NCBI RefSeq assembly: GCF_032444005.1
Contig: NC_091285.1
Span: forward strand, 411,184,001 to 411,248,000
Reading direction: 5' to 3'
DNA: 64,000 bases
Source of the DNA: Ranitomeya imitator
Lineage: Eukaryota
A program made the translations under genes and the position numbers. Below are positions 1 to 11,336 of the stretch, one piece after another. Under the pieces are notes generated by a model that saw only the letters and a list, made by a program, of their open reading frames with translations, was not told the origin of the DNA and ran no database searches. How positions within the stretch are numbered: position 1 is the first letter of the stretch; every line of letters begins with the position of its first letter.

Positions 1-883
1 AAATTTGCGCCATTTTCCGATACTCGTAGCGTCTCCATTTTTCATGATCTGGGGTCCGTTGAGGGCTTATTTTTTGCGTGCCGAGATGACGTTTTTAATG
101 ATAGCATTTTGGTGCAGATACGTTCTTTTGATCGCCCGTTATTGCCTTTTAATGCAATGTCGCGGCGACCAAAAAAAACTTAATTCTGGCGTTTCGAATT
201 TTTTTCTCGCTACGCCGTTTAGCGATCAGGTTAATGCTTTTTTTTTAATTGATAGATCGGGCGATTCTGAACGTGGCGATACCAAATATGTGTAGATTTG
301 ATTTTTTTTATTGATTTATTTTGATTGGGGCGAAAGGGGGGTGATTTAAACTTTTATATTTTTTATTTTTTTCACTTTTTTTTTTTTTTTTTTACTTTTG
401 CCATGCTTCAATAGCCTCCATGGGAGGCTAGAAGCAGGCACAGCACGATCGCCTCTGCTACATAGCAGCGATCTGCTGTTCGCTGCTATGTAGCAGAAAA
501 TCAGGTGTGCTGTGAGCGCCGACCACAGGGTGGCGCTCACAGCTACCGGTGATCAGTAACCATAGAGGTCTCAAGGATCTCTATGGTTACAATACACAAG
601 CATCGCCGACCTCCGATCATGTGACGGGGGTCGGCGATGCCGTCATTTCCGGCCGCCTGGCCGGATGCGGTAGTTAAATGCCGCTGTCTGCGTTTGACAG
701 CAGCATTTAACTAGTTAATAGGCGCGGGCAGATCACGATTCTGCCCGCGCCTATTACGGGCACATGTCAGCTGTTCAAAACAGCTGACATGTCCCGGCTT
801 TGATGTGGGCTCACCGCTGGAGCCCACATCAAAGTGGGGCTTCTGACCTCGGATGTACTATCCCGTCCGAGGTCAGAAAGGGG
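1..883. mobile_element. Right end of a non-autonomous piggyBac-like (TTAA) DNA element
   Basis: Ends ...GGTCAGAAAGGGG followed by TTAA (884-887); 13-bp terminal hairpin TTCTGACCTCGGA/TCCGAGGTCAGAA (841-878); terminus resembles the CCCCTT..TGACC ends at 25795, 44022 and 62379. Left end is outside the window. Confidence 0.6.
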
Positions 884-1695
884 TTAATTTAAAAAATTCT
901 TATTCCTGCTCTATTCTCTAACTTTTTTTTTTTTTTAACCAGTCCCCTGTTTGATATTTGGTCTCAGTATCCCTAGTGTATGCTGGGGCACTGAAACGAG
1001 AGGACATCAGAGGGCAGAGGCTGCAGTCACTGAAAGACAGTGTCATCAGTGACATACGTTCCAAGAGCTGGGCTAGGCGATTGTCAGATGCTCAATAAGA
1101 TACGGTCATTGTGTAATATTTTTTCAGTGCACAGTGACAATCAGGGCTGTGTATTCAGCAAACCAAACCACCGACTGACATTTCCCTGACTCCGACCCCA
1201 CAGCACTGGTCACTACTGAGCATGTGCATAAAGTGCAGCACAGATTCATCTCACCTAAAAGCCGAGATCCTTAGATCAGGAACGGAACAGATAATTATAA
1301 AACATTTCATAACTTTCCCACATTCTTATGAAAACATTTACAGCACATCCTGCATTGTACTACTGTACCCAATATATTACACTGGTCAACGCAATTTTTC
1401 TGGCAAAAGGTTTTAAAACATATTTTAAGTCAATTTTGGCTGCTGATTACGAATATGAACTCCGTTTTTGGCTATCACATCAGGATTTCGAGATATTTTC
1501 AATTTTTGATGAAAATTACTCCTAATGTTTTAGAATAAAAACACATGATTTTCGGTACTACATTTCGTATATTTTTAATCAAGGAATAACAAAGATTACA
1601 AAGTCTATGTACAGCAAATCAAATATTCTTACAGAATTAAACTACAATATATAAAAACACATATATATGGCACACAGATGAATGACAAATGGCAG

Positions 1696-2308
1696 TTATT
1701 TGAACTTTCTTTTCTTGGCTGATCTGTGATGTACAGCTTCTGGGTTGTCTCTCATCAAGCTCCAGCAATAGTCAGCCATCATATGTGAGTCCCACCGGCC
1801 TTGATACCGTTCTTCCATTGTTTTAATGTCCTGATGAAAATGCTCCCCTTGTTACTCGCTCACATCCCCAAGGTTCTCGGGGAAAAAAGTCCAAATGGCT
1901 GTGTAAATAGTGAATCTTGATACTCATTCCACATCCAAGATTTCGCAGACTCATTAGTAGCTCTTCCACAATCTCTTCATAGTTGTCTGCTTTCTTATTC
2001 CCTACAAAATTCTGCATCACATTACAAAATGCATTCCAAGCTCTTTCTTCTGTCTCATTCATTGAAGTGATAAAATTTGGGTCTCTCATAAGTGTTCTTA
2101 TTTGAGGTCCATCAAATATTCCAGCCTTTTTCTTCTCTTCACCAAGACCAGGAAAAGTTGAACATAAATAGTTAAAGCATTCTCTACTGTGATTGAGAGC
2201 TTTGACGAACTGCTTCATCAATCCAAGTTTTATGTGTAAGGGAGGAAAGACAATGTCCTTCCTATCCACTAAAGGGTCATGGATGACATTCTTATCGCCA
2301 GATGCCAA
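1696..2308 (-). pseudogene. Chapaev3-type transposase, C-terminal fragment (frameshifted)
   Basis: Motifs PPLHIKLGLMKQFVKAL, GIFDGPQIR, KIHYLHSHLDFFP; in a shifted frame FHQDIKTMEERYQGRW..MMADYCW to a stop near 1696. Confidence 0.75.
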
Positions 2309-2409
2309 ACTGTCGCTGAGGCCATTCAGTTTTCACCCAATGCTCTGCTGTAGCTCTACTGTCCCAGTAGCACAGAAAACAAGGGTGCTATCATAACAAA
2401 TGGGAATTA

Positions 2410-2928
2410 CCGTATTTTCCGGCGTATAAGACGACCCCCAACTTTTCCAGTTAAAATATAAAATCTTCTCAAAAGTCGGGGGTTGTCTTATATGCCGGGT
2501 GTTGTCTTATAGGGTGAGTGCGGAGCAATCTGCGGTCGACGTATATAGTGGGGGGAGTGGTCCCAATGACTAGGTGAGGGAGCGCCTCACCAGGAAGGTG
2601 TAAGTGAAGCAAACTGTCAGCGTCTGGGATGCCAGGGGTATGCAAAAAAGAAAGAGAGCGATGCTGTGCCTAGAAAAACGCTCCTCTTTCACTCATCTGG
2701 CTCGCCCTTGTATCCTATTATCTCCTTCGCTGCCTCTGCTTCACTTACACCTTCCCAGTGAGGCGCCCCCTCACCTCGTCATTGGGACCGCTCCCCCCCA
2801 CAATATGCGGCGACCGCAGATTACTCCGCATCTGCCCTATAAGACGACACCTGGTGTATAAGACGATACCCGACTTTTGAGAAGATTTTCAGGGGTTAAA
2901 AAGTAGTCTTATACGCCAGAAAATACAG
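2410..2928. mobile_element. pogo/Tigger-like MITE
   Basis: TA|CCGTATTTTCCGGCGTATAAGAC ... GTCTTATACGCCAGAAAATACAG|TA; imperfect TIRs with TA duplication. Confidence 0.7.
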
Positions 2929-2934
2929 TATGTA

Positions 2935-4230
2935 CGAGGGGCGATCCAAAAGTAATGATAATCGGTTATTTCTATTGCACACAGAAATTAAAATAAAATG
3001 TTTTCTTCTCTCTTAGGTACCCACTAGTCCAGGAAAAAAAAATTACTTAAATAGACCACGATTCCCGGGAGCTACATTCATTTGAATATGAACTGCCGAG
3101 GAGTGAACATCAAATTGGAAAAAAACCAGCCCAGAGCTGTCATCAAATACCTCTGCTTGAAAGAAATGACTACCAGAGACATACACAGCGACTTGGTGGA
3201 AACATTGGGGGACTCTTCTCCTCCATATTCCACAGTTGCACGCTGGGCCAAGGAATTTAAGCTGGGAAGAACATCGACGGAAAATGAACATCGTGAAGGA
3301 CGCCCATCCACGTCCCTCAATGAAGAAAACGTGAAAAAAGTTGAAGAAGTTGTATTGGCAGATCGAAGAGTGACTATCAGGCATGTAGCTGAGGTCACAG
3401 GGATCTCATATGGCAGTATTCAAAGAATCCTTGCAAAAGAATTGCATATGAGAAAGGTCTCCGCGCGTTGGGTGCCAAAAATGTTAACCGATGAGCAAAA
3501 GAAGAAACGAGTTGACATTTCAATAGCAAATCTCGAAAAGTTCCAAGCAGACAAGGAAAATTTTTTGTCACGTTTTTTGACCATGGATGAGACCTGGATC
3601 CACCACTTTGATCCCGAAACTAAACAACAATCGATGACATGGAAACGAGCCGACGAACCAACACCGAAGAAATTCAAATTGTCAAGCTCAGCAGGGAAGG
3701 TTATGGCGTCCGTTTTTTGGGACGCTGAAGGAATTATTATGGTGGACTATTTGGAGAAGGGAGCCACTATTATGGGCTCCTACTACGCAGAACAAATAAG
3801 AAGATTGCGGGAGGCTATTAAGGAGAAAAGGCGCGGCAAACTGCGGGCTGGAGTGCTGTTTCACTAAGATAACGTGCCGGCTCACAAAGCTGCAGTTGCC
3901 ATGGCTACCATTCAAGAAGCGGGCTTTGAACTGGTGGAACACCCCCCCCCCTATTCACCAGATCTAGCCCCCAGTGACTTTTCTTTTTCCTCGGCTCAAG
4001 GAACACCTATGGGGCAAGAAATTTGACGACAATAGCGACGTGATAACCGCTGTTGGGGATTTTTTTGAGGGTCAAGATCAAGAATTTTTTTCGAAGGGAA
4101 TTCTAAGTTTAGAAAAGAGATGGATTAAATGTATAGACTTGTTAGGAGACCATGTAGAAAAATAAATTTATTTTTTGACTATATTCATTGTGTTTAGTAT
4201 TGATTATCATTACTTTTGGATCGCCACTCG
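2935..4230 (+). mobile_element. Full-length mariner element (1296 bp)
   Basis: 28-bp TIRs CGAGGGGCGATCCAAAAGTAATGATAAT / ATTATCATTACTTTTGGATCGCCACTCG (1 mismatch) with TA on both sides; encloses the transposase. Confidence 0.95.
3082..4165 (+). pseudogene. mariner DD34D transposase (premature stop plus frameshift)
   Basis: HTH region, WVPKMLT, TMDETWIHHFDPETKQQS, FH*DN (stop at 3865-3867), HPP..YSPDLAPSDF with a slip at the C run near 3944-3951, ending KCIDLLGDHVEK. Confidence 0.95.
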
Positions 4231-4559
4231 TATGTTCAAAGAAAAAGATATTCTCACATTTATTGGGAGACTAAATGAAAACTAAATTTACCTTAGTGAA
4301 CCGGATAAACCGGCACTTTTCATACACTACTTATATTTATCATGGAATTCATGAAAATGGGCTATATACCTATATCGCAAAAACGTGATGTGATAGAGAA
4401 ATTAAAAGATCAGATTTGAATTCAGCACCCTCAAATTAGTCTAAAACTGTTCTTAAAGTCCATGCCAGAATTTTTTTTTTTGTAGACCAGTGTTATATAT
4501 TGAACTAGCTATTGAACCCGTTCTATGCCTGGGTGGCGAGCATCTATATTGGTATATGG

Positions 4560-5330
4560 TCTCCATCCTGGTATGTGCTGCTCGATCCTGCGTCCCCATC
4601 CTGTCATGAGCTGCTCCATCCTGCGTCCCCATCCTGTCATGTGCTGCACCCATCCTGCACCCCATTCTGACATGTGCTACTCCCATCCTGCACCCCCATT
4701 CTGACATGTGCTGCTCCATCCTGCGTCCCCATCCTGTCATGAGCTGCTCCATCCTGCGTCCCCATCCTGTCATGTGCTGCACCCATCCTGCACCCCATTC
4801 TGACATGTGCTACTCCCATCCTGCACCCCCATTCTGACATGTGCTGCTCCATCCTGCGTCCCCATCCTGTCATGTGCTGCACCCATCCTGCGCCCCCATC
4901 CTGCCATGTGTTGCACCCATCCTGCGCCCCCATTCTGTCATGTGCTGCTCCCATCCTGCGCCCCCATTCTGACATGTGCTTCACCCATCCTGCGCCTGCA
5001 TTCTGTCATGTGCTGCTCCCATCCTGCGCTCCCTTTGTGACATGTGCTGCTCCCATCCTGCGCCCCCATTCTGACATGTGCTGCACCCATCCTGCGCCTC
5101 CATTCTGTCATTTGCTGCTCCCATCCTGTGCCCCCGTTCTGTCATGTGCTGCTCCCATCCTGCGCCCCTGTTCTGTCATGTGGTGCTCCCATTGTGTGCC
5201 CCTGTTCTGTCATGTGCTGCTCCCATCCTGTGCCCCTGTTCTGTCATGTGCTGCTTCCATCCTGCGCCCCCGTTCTGTCATGTGCTGCTCCCATCCTGCG
5301 CCACCATTCTTTAATTTGCTTCTCCCATCC
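4560..5330. repeat. ~31-32 bp minisatellite (CCATCCTGCGCCCCCATTCTGTCATGTGCTGCT-like)
   Basis: About 24 diverging tandem units inside the Helitron; explains the overlapping C/P/H-rich ORFs. Confidence 0.9.
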
Positions 5331-5334
5331 ATAT

Positions 5335-5740
5335 GCCCCATACGCTGCTCCATTATGGTTGATGGCCCCATAAGATGCTCCATAGTATATGCCCCCGTAC
5401 ACTGCTCCATTATGGTTTATGGCCCCCATAAGTTGCTCCATAGTGTATGCCCCCCGTACACTGCTCCATAAAGGTTTATGGCCCCCATAAGATGCTCCAT
5501 AGTGTATGCCCCCGTACACTGCTCCATAAAGGTTTATGGCCCCCATAAGACGCTCCAGTGTGTATGCCCCCCCCATACACTGCTCCATAAAGGTTTATGG
5601 CCCCCATAAGATGCTCCATAATATATGCCCCCGTACACTGCTCCATTATGGTTGATGGCCCCATAAGATGCTCCACTGTATTATATGCCCCCCATAAGAT
5701 GCTCCATTATGGTTGATGGCCCCATAAGATGCTCCAGTCA
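5335..5740. repeat. ~57-bp minisatellite (CCCCATAAGATGCTCCATAGTGTATGCCCCCGTACACTGCTCCATAAAGGTTTATGG)
   Basis: About 7 tandem units directly after the first array, inside the Helitron. Confidence 0.85.
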
Positions 5741-6153
5741 GAGGGTGGCGCCGGCGCGCATTAAGCGCGTCATCGCGCCCTCTGAACTGTGAACGTCACA
5801 GCAGAGGACCCGGGAGACGGAGCCGCACGCAGCGCTGGAACGGGGGACAAGTGAATATACTTACCCTTCTGGCGGTCCCTGACTCTCCGGTGGAGATCGC
5901 GGTGTGCGTTCAGTGTTTATGCATACCGCGATCTCCTGGGAGCGTCACTCTGTGGGGGCCAGACTGCGCCGGCGCTTGCGCAGTCTATAATGGCTTCGGA
6001 CAGAGTGACGCTCCCAGCGTTATATTATAGATGAGTAGGAGTAAGCCCATTTTATAATGCCTCCAACTCCACTGCCCTGGTGACAATTCACACCCTTGAA
6101 GTCTCTGGTGAGAAGTGACGAGCCAACAAGAGAGCACACTGTCCGTGCGCATT

Positions 6154-7310
6154 GTAAGGTTGGAAGCACACCAGCGTATGGCATCGGATGTGAGAGCATC
6201 GGATGCGATATGCTAATGACCCTCGGCTCCTGCTCCGCTGTGAGCATCAGCCAAGTGTCAGTGCTCTGATCCTCCTGCACAGAGAGCATCGGAGAACAGC
6301 TGCCAGCGTATATCGCACTGCACTCGGAAGATATTAGAATGCTGTGCGTTGTGTCACTGGCCCCCATAGACTAATATGGGTGTGAGTGAGCCGAGACTCG
6401 TCCGAGTCTCCGTGCCAATCGCAGCATGCTGCCATTGATCTCTTATGCCAATCCGGCATGAGAAAATAATCGCAGATGTGAGCTGCCCTGTTGTGAGTTC
6501 TGTTTTTGGGCTCCCTCTGGTGGTTACTGATGGTACTGGGTGACTTGTGTTCTCTGCGGTCTCTGGTGTCCACCTGTTCCATCAGGTTATGGGAGTTTCC
6601 TATTTAACCTGGCTTTTTTGTCATTTCCTCGCCGGCTATCAATGTAATCAGCGTGTCTTTTTACCTCTGCTCCCTGCGTTTGTTATCTTCAGGACAAGCT
6701 AAGTTTTGATTTTCCTGTTCCACGTTTTGCTTAATTTTTGTCTTAGTCCAGCTTGCAGATATGTGATTCCTTGCTGCTGGTTGCTCTAGTGGGCTGAAAT
6801 TACTCCTCATGTTCCATGAGTTGGCACATGAGTTCAAGTAATTTCAGGATGGTTTTTTGAAGGGTTTTTCGCTGACCGCGCAGTTCACTTTTGTATCCTC
6901 TGCTATCTAGCTTTAGCGGGCCTCATTTTTGCTGATTCTATTTTCATAACTACGTATGTGCTTTCCTCTCATTTCACCGTTATTACATGTGGGGGGCTGC
7001 TATTTCTGTGGGGTGTTTCTCTGGAGGCAAGTGAGGTCTGTGTTTCTTCTTATAGGGGAAGTTAATCCTTCGGCTGGCGCGAGACGTCTAGGAATCATCG
7101 TAGGCACGTTCCCCGGCTACTGCTAGTTGTGTGTTTAGGTTCAGGATCGCGGTCAGCTCAGGTTCCATCACCCTAGAGCTTGTTTTGTTTTTGTGCTTGT
7201 CCTTTTGTGATCCCCTGCCATTGGGATCATGACACTGCCCACAGAGTAACACTGGGCCGAGTGCTATGCCAGGTTTGATCAAATTGCACTCAGCCGTATT
7301 GTACGATAGT
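6154..7310. mobile_element. Degenerate Harbinger-type MITE split by a solo LTR
   Basis: Internal sequence (GCATCGGATGCGA.., CTCGGCTCCTGCTC) matches the intact MITE at 36580-37366. Confidence 0.55.
6489..7234. mobile_element. Solo LTR (746 bp)
   Basis: TGTTGTGA...TCATGACA termini; flanked by the direct repeat CTGCCC (6483-6488 and 7235-7240); no coding remnant. Confidence 0.8.
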
Positions 7311-7617
7311 GTAAGATGAAAACTCGGCGAGCAGGAAAAGCAGAAAACAGTCCTGTAACTGGAAGAGAGGTAACCTTTTGTGAAGTCAGATTGTTTTAAG
7401 TGTTTATTTGTTGTTTTGGAGTGTTAGGGAACAAATGCAATATTGTATTTGACTCAATGACTTTTCTTTGTTTAGTGATGTATACTATATTCTGAAAATC
7501 AATAAATCTTTAATTTGAAAGACAAATCAATACTTTCAAGTAAGAAGTTTTATGACTTATTCGTATGAGCAAAATGTGAGCTGCATTTTACAAAATAACT
7601 GATCTTTAATCACTTTG

Positions 7618-7910
7618 GCTACTTTCACACTAGCGTCGGAATCTCCCCGTCGCAATGCGTCGGGCAGAGATTCCGACGCTAGCGTTTAACGTACTGCACA
7701 ACGGAGGCAGCGGATGCATTTCTCCAGCGCATCCGCTGCCCCATTGTGAGGTGCGGGGAGGTGGGGGCGGAAAAAGCGGTCCGTCAGGAGCAAAAAACGT
7801 TACATGTAGCGTTTTTTGCTCCCGACGGTCCGCCAAAGCACGACGGATGCGACGTGTGGCAATCCGTCTCAATGCGTCGTCAATACAAGTCTATGGGGAA
7901 AAAACGCATC
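7618..7910. mobile_element. Truncated Harbinger-type MITE
   Basis: Starts GGCTACTTTCACACTAGCGTCGG; same family as the intact copy at 63233-63644. Confidence 0.6.
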
Positions 7911-8373
7911 CTGGGTCAGAATGGAAGTCTGGCTGTCATGTTCCTAACACCAGACAGAACTTTGTTTCCTCACAAATAGACACAGATCATACTAGATTAA
8001 GGGTACGTTGCCACGATCGGGAACTGCTGCAGGTTGGACGCTGCCTATTTATGCATCGCTGAACCCACAACGGCCAGATGTTACAGAATAGTGGATGGGA
8101 TATCAAGAAATCCCATCTCCACTATGCGGGCACCGGCACCTGCGGAGACGGACATGCAGCGTGTCTTTCCAGACCACAGCGTGTCCTATTTATCTTGTGC
8201 AGATGCTAGCCTCTGCAAGATAAAGTTCACCCAGCCAATGTAGAGGGCAATGTCAGTGAACAGTGAGAGGATCCTGTGGATGCACACTGTATTTCAGCCT
8301 TCACAATGCAGCAATTGATGAAAACATTTGTAGTGAAAACATCCCATGTGGAATCTAAAGTTTTCTGCATATT

Positions 8374-9908
8374 CTACAGAGGTGCAGGGACCCTCGCTGT
8401 ACATTTGTGTGTAAATGGTATACAGAGGTGCAGGGACCCTCGCTGTATATTTATGTGTAAATGGTATACAGAGGTGCAGGGCCCCTCGCTGTACATTTAT
8501 GTGTAAATGGTATACAGAGGTGCAGGGACCCTCGCTGTATATTTATGTGTAAATGGTATACAGAGGTGCAGGGCCCCTCGCTGTACATTTATGTGTAAAT
8601 GGTATACAGAGGTGCAGGGCCCCTCGCTGTACATTTATGTGTAAATGGTATACAGAGGTGCAGGGCCCCTCGCTGTACATTTATGTGTAAATGGTATACA
8701 GAGGTGCAGGGCCCCTCGCTGTACATTTATGTGTAAATGGTATACAGAGGTGCAGGGCCCCTCGCTGTACATTTATATGTAAATGGTATACAGAGGTGCA
8801 GGGACCCTCGTTGTATATTTATGTGTAAATGGTATACAGAGGTGCAGGACCCCTCGCTGTACATTTATGTGTAAATGGTATACAGAGGTGCAGGGCCCCT
8901 CGCTGTACATTTATGTGTAAATGGTATACAGAGGTGCAGGGCCCCTCGCTGTACATTTATGTGTAAATGGTATACAGAGGTGCAGGGACCCTCGTTGTAT
9001 ATTTATGTGTAAATGGTATACAGAGGTGCAGGACCCCTCGCTGTACATTTATGTGTAAATGGTATACAGAGGTGCAGGGCCCCTCGCTGTACATTTATGT
9101 GTAAATGGTATACAGAGGTGCAGGGACCCTCGTTGTATATTTATGTGTAAATGGTATACAGAGGTGCAGGGCCCCTCGCTGTACATTTATGTGTAAATGG
9201 TATACAGAGGTGCAGGGACCCTCGTATATTTATGTGTAAATGGTATACAGAGGTGCAGGGCCCCTCGCTGTACATTTATGTGTAAATGGTATACAGAGGT
9301 GCAGGGCCCCTCGCTGTACATTTATGTGTAAATGGTATACAGAGGTGCAGGGCCCCTCGCTGTACATTTATGTGTAAATGGTATACAGAGGTGCAGGGCC
9401 CCTCGCTGTACATTTATGTGTAAATGGTATACAGAGGTGCAGGGCCCCTCGCTGTACATTTATGTGTAAATGGTATACAGAGGTGCAGGGGCCCTCGCTG
9501 TACATTAATGTGTACATGGAATACAGAGGTGCAGGGACCCTCGCTGTACATTTATGTGTACATGGAATACAGAGGTGCAGGGCCCCTCGCTGTACATTTA
9601 TGTGTAAATGGTATACAGAGGTGCAGGGCCCCTCGCTGTACATTTATGTGTAAATGGTATACAGAGGTGCAGGGCCCCTCGCTGTACATTTATGTGTAAA
9701 TGGTATACAGAGGTGCAGGGGCCCTCGCTGTACATTAATGTGTACATGGTATACAGAGGTGCAGGGACCCTCGCTGTACATTTATGTGTACATGGAATAC
9801 AGAGGTGCAGGGACCCTCGCTGTACATTAATGTGTACATGGTATACAGAGGTGCAGGGACCCTCGCTGTACATTTATGTGTACATGGTATACAGAGGTGC
9901 AGGGACCC
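8374..9908. repeat. 46-bp minisatellite, about 33 copies
   Basis: Unit TACAGAGGTGCAGGGCCCCTCGCTGTACATTTATGTGTAAATGGTA; the 46-aa periodicity of overlapping ORFs confirms the unit length. Confidence 0.95.
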
Positions 9909-10461
9909 TTGCTATACAGTGTTGTACAAGAATGTCCAGACCTCAATGACAAAGATCAGATCTTTTGAATACTACCTTTATGTGGTTTATGTGCTCCGAG
10001 TTCATTTGTTATGTCTAGAGGGAGCACCACAGGGCTACAGCCCATATTGGTCTGGGTATACCACCTTAAGACCATTTATTAATTATAGATGAATCTTTTA
10101 AATACTACTTTTATGAGGTTTATGTGCTCCAAGTTGCTTTGTTTATCTCAATGACAAAGACGTCTGATGATGGTGCAGCCCAGCACTCAGCCAGACCAAA
10201 CTTTACACTTCTGTCAACTGACTGGAACAGACAATACAAAGGTGACATCAAACCCACAAATATGAACCCCACTTGTCACCGCCACAGGGTAATTGGAAAG
10301 AGCCAAGCAAAGCGCCACAAATTGGCGCATCTAATAGATGTGCCTTTTCTGGGTGGCTGTAGACTGCTATTTTTAGGCTGGGGGTCCAATATCCATGGCC
10401 CCTCTTACCAGACTGAGAACACCAGCCCCTAGCTGTCTGCTTTTGCAAGCCTAGTTGTTAA

Positions 10462-11336
10462 AGGGAACCTGTCACCCCCGTTTTTTCAGATTGAGATAAA
10501 AATACTGTTAAATAGGGCCTGCGCTGTGCGTTACAATAGTGTATGTAGTGTACCCTGATTCCCCACCTATGCTGCGAAATACATTACCAAAGTCGCCGTT
10601 TTCGCCTGTCAATCAGGCTGGTCAGGTCAGGTGGGCGTGGTGACATCGCTGTTTCTTCCCCAGCTTTCCGTTGGTGGCGTACGCATGTCCAAGTGCCAAA
10701 TCCACTGCGCGCAGGTGAAGAAAAAGCGCGCGATCTGCGCTATTACCCTTGTCATCGGTGGGGGCGGCCATCTTCCTGAGGCCGCGCGTGCGCAGATGGA
10801 GTGCTCTGCTGCACGGGGCTTCAGGAAAATGGCCGCGGGATGCCACGTGTGCGCAGATGGAGATCGCGGTGGCCATTTTCCCAAAGCCGAGTTTGCATCT
10901 TGGCTTCAGGAAAATGGCCGCCGCGATCTCCATCTGCGCACACGCGGCGTCCCGCGGCCATTTTCCTGAAGCCCCGTGCAGCAGAGCACTCCATCTGCGC
11001 ACGCGCGGCCTCAGGAAGATGGCCGCCCCCACCGATGACAAGGGTAATAGCGCAGATCGCGCGCTTTTTCTTCACCTGCGCACAGAGGATTCGGCACTTG
11101 GACATGCGCACACCACTACGCCACCAACGGAAAGCTGGGGAAGAAAAGAGCGATGTCACCACGCCCACCTGACCTGACCAGCCTGATTGACAGGCGAAAA
11201 CGGCGACTTTGGTAATGTATTTCGCAGCATAGGTGGGGAATCAGGGTACACTACATACACTATTGTAACGCACAGCGCAGGCCATATTTAACAGTATTTT
11301 TATCTCAATCTGAAAAAACGGGGTGACAGGTTCCCT
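10462..11336. mobile_element. Kolobok/T2-type MITE, almost entirely palindromic
   Basis: TTAA|AGGGAACCTGTCACCCC ... GGGGTGACAGGTTCCCT|TTAA; arms about 430 bp each, loop ~7 nt near 10892-10898. Confidence 0.9.

Larger units (their letters stand above)
1380..4492 (-). mobile_element. Chapaev3-like (CMC) DNA transposon, internally deleted, with two nested insertions
   Basis: Termini CACTGGTC...GACCAGTG with further imperfect TIR match; TTA on both flanks; contains a transposase C-terminal fragment. Superfamily assigned from recalled motifs, not a database search. Confidence 0.7.
4505..6031 (-). mobile_element. Non-autonomous Helitron
   Basis: On the minus strand begins A|TCTATAATATAACG and ends ..GCTAG|T (A/T target, no TSD); short GC hairpin ~10 nt before CTAG; 18-bp subterminal IR at 5936-5953 / 6000-6017. 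Confidence 0.75.

Noticed and set aside
4453-5676. Many overlapping C/P/H- or M/G-rich ORFs
   Set aside because: They are translations of minisatellites in all frames, with no splice or domain support.
8374-9908. CRISPR-like regular array (also considered for 49440-50695 and 22200-25250)
   Set aside because: Units are head-to-tail with no unique spacers, there are no cas genes, and the context is vertebrate; these are satellites.
10622-11177. Near-identical ORFs on opposite strands (MSSVGAAIFLRPRV..)
   Set aside because: A direct consequence of the palindrome, not a gene pair.
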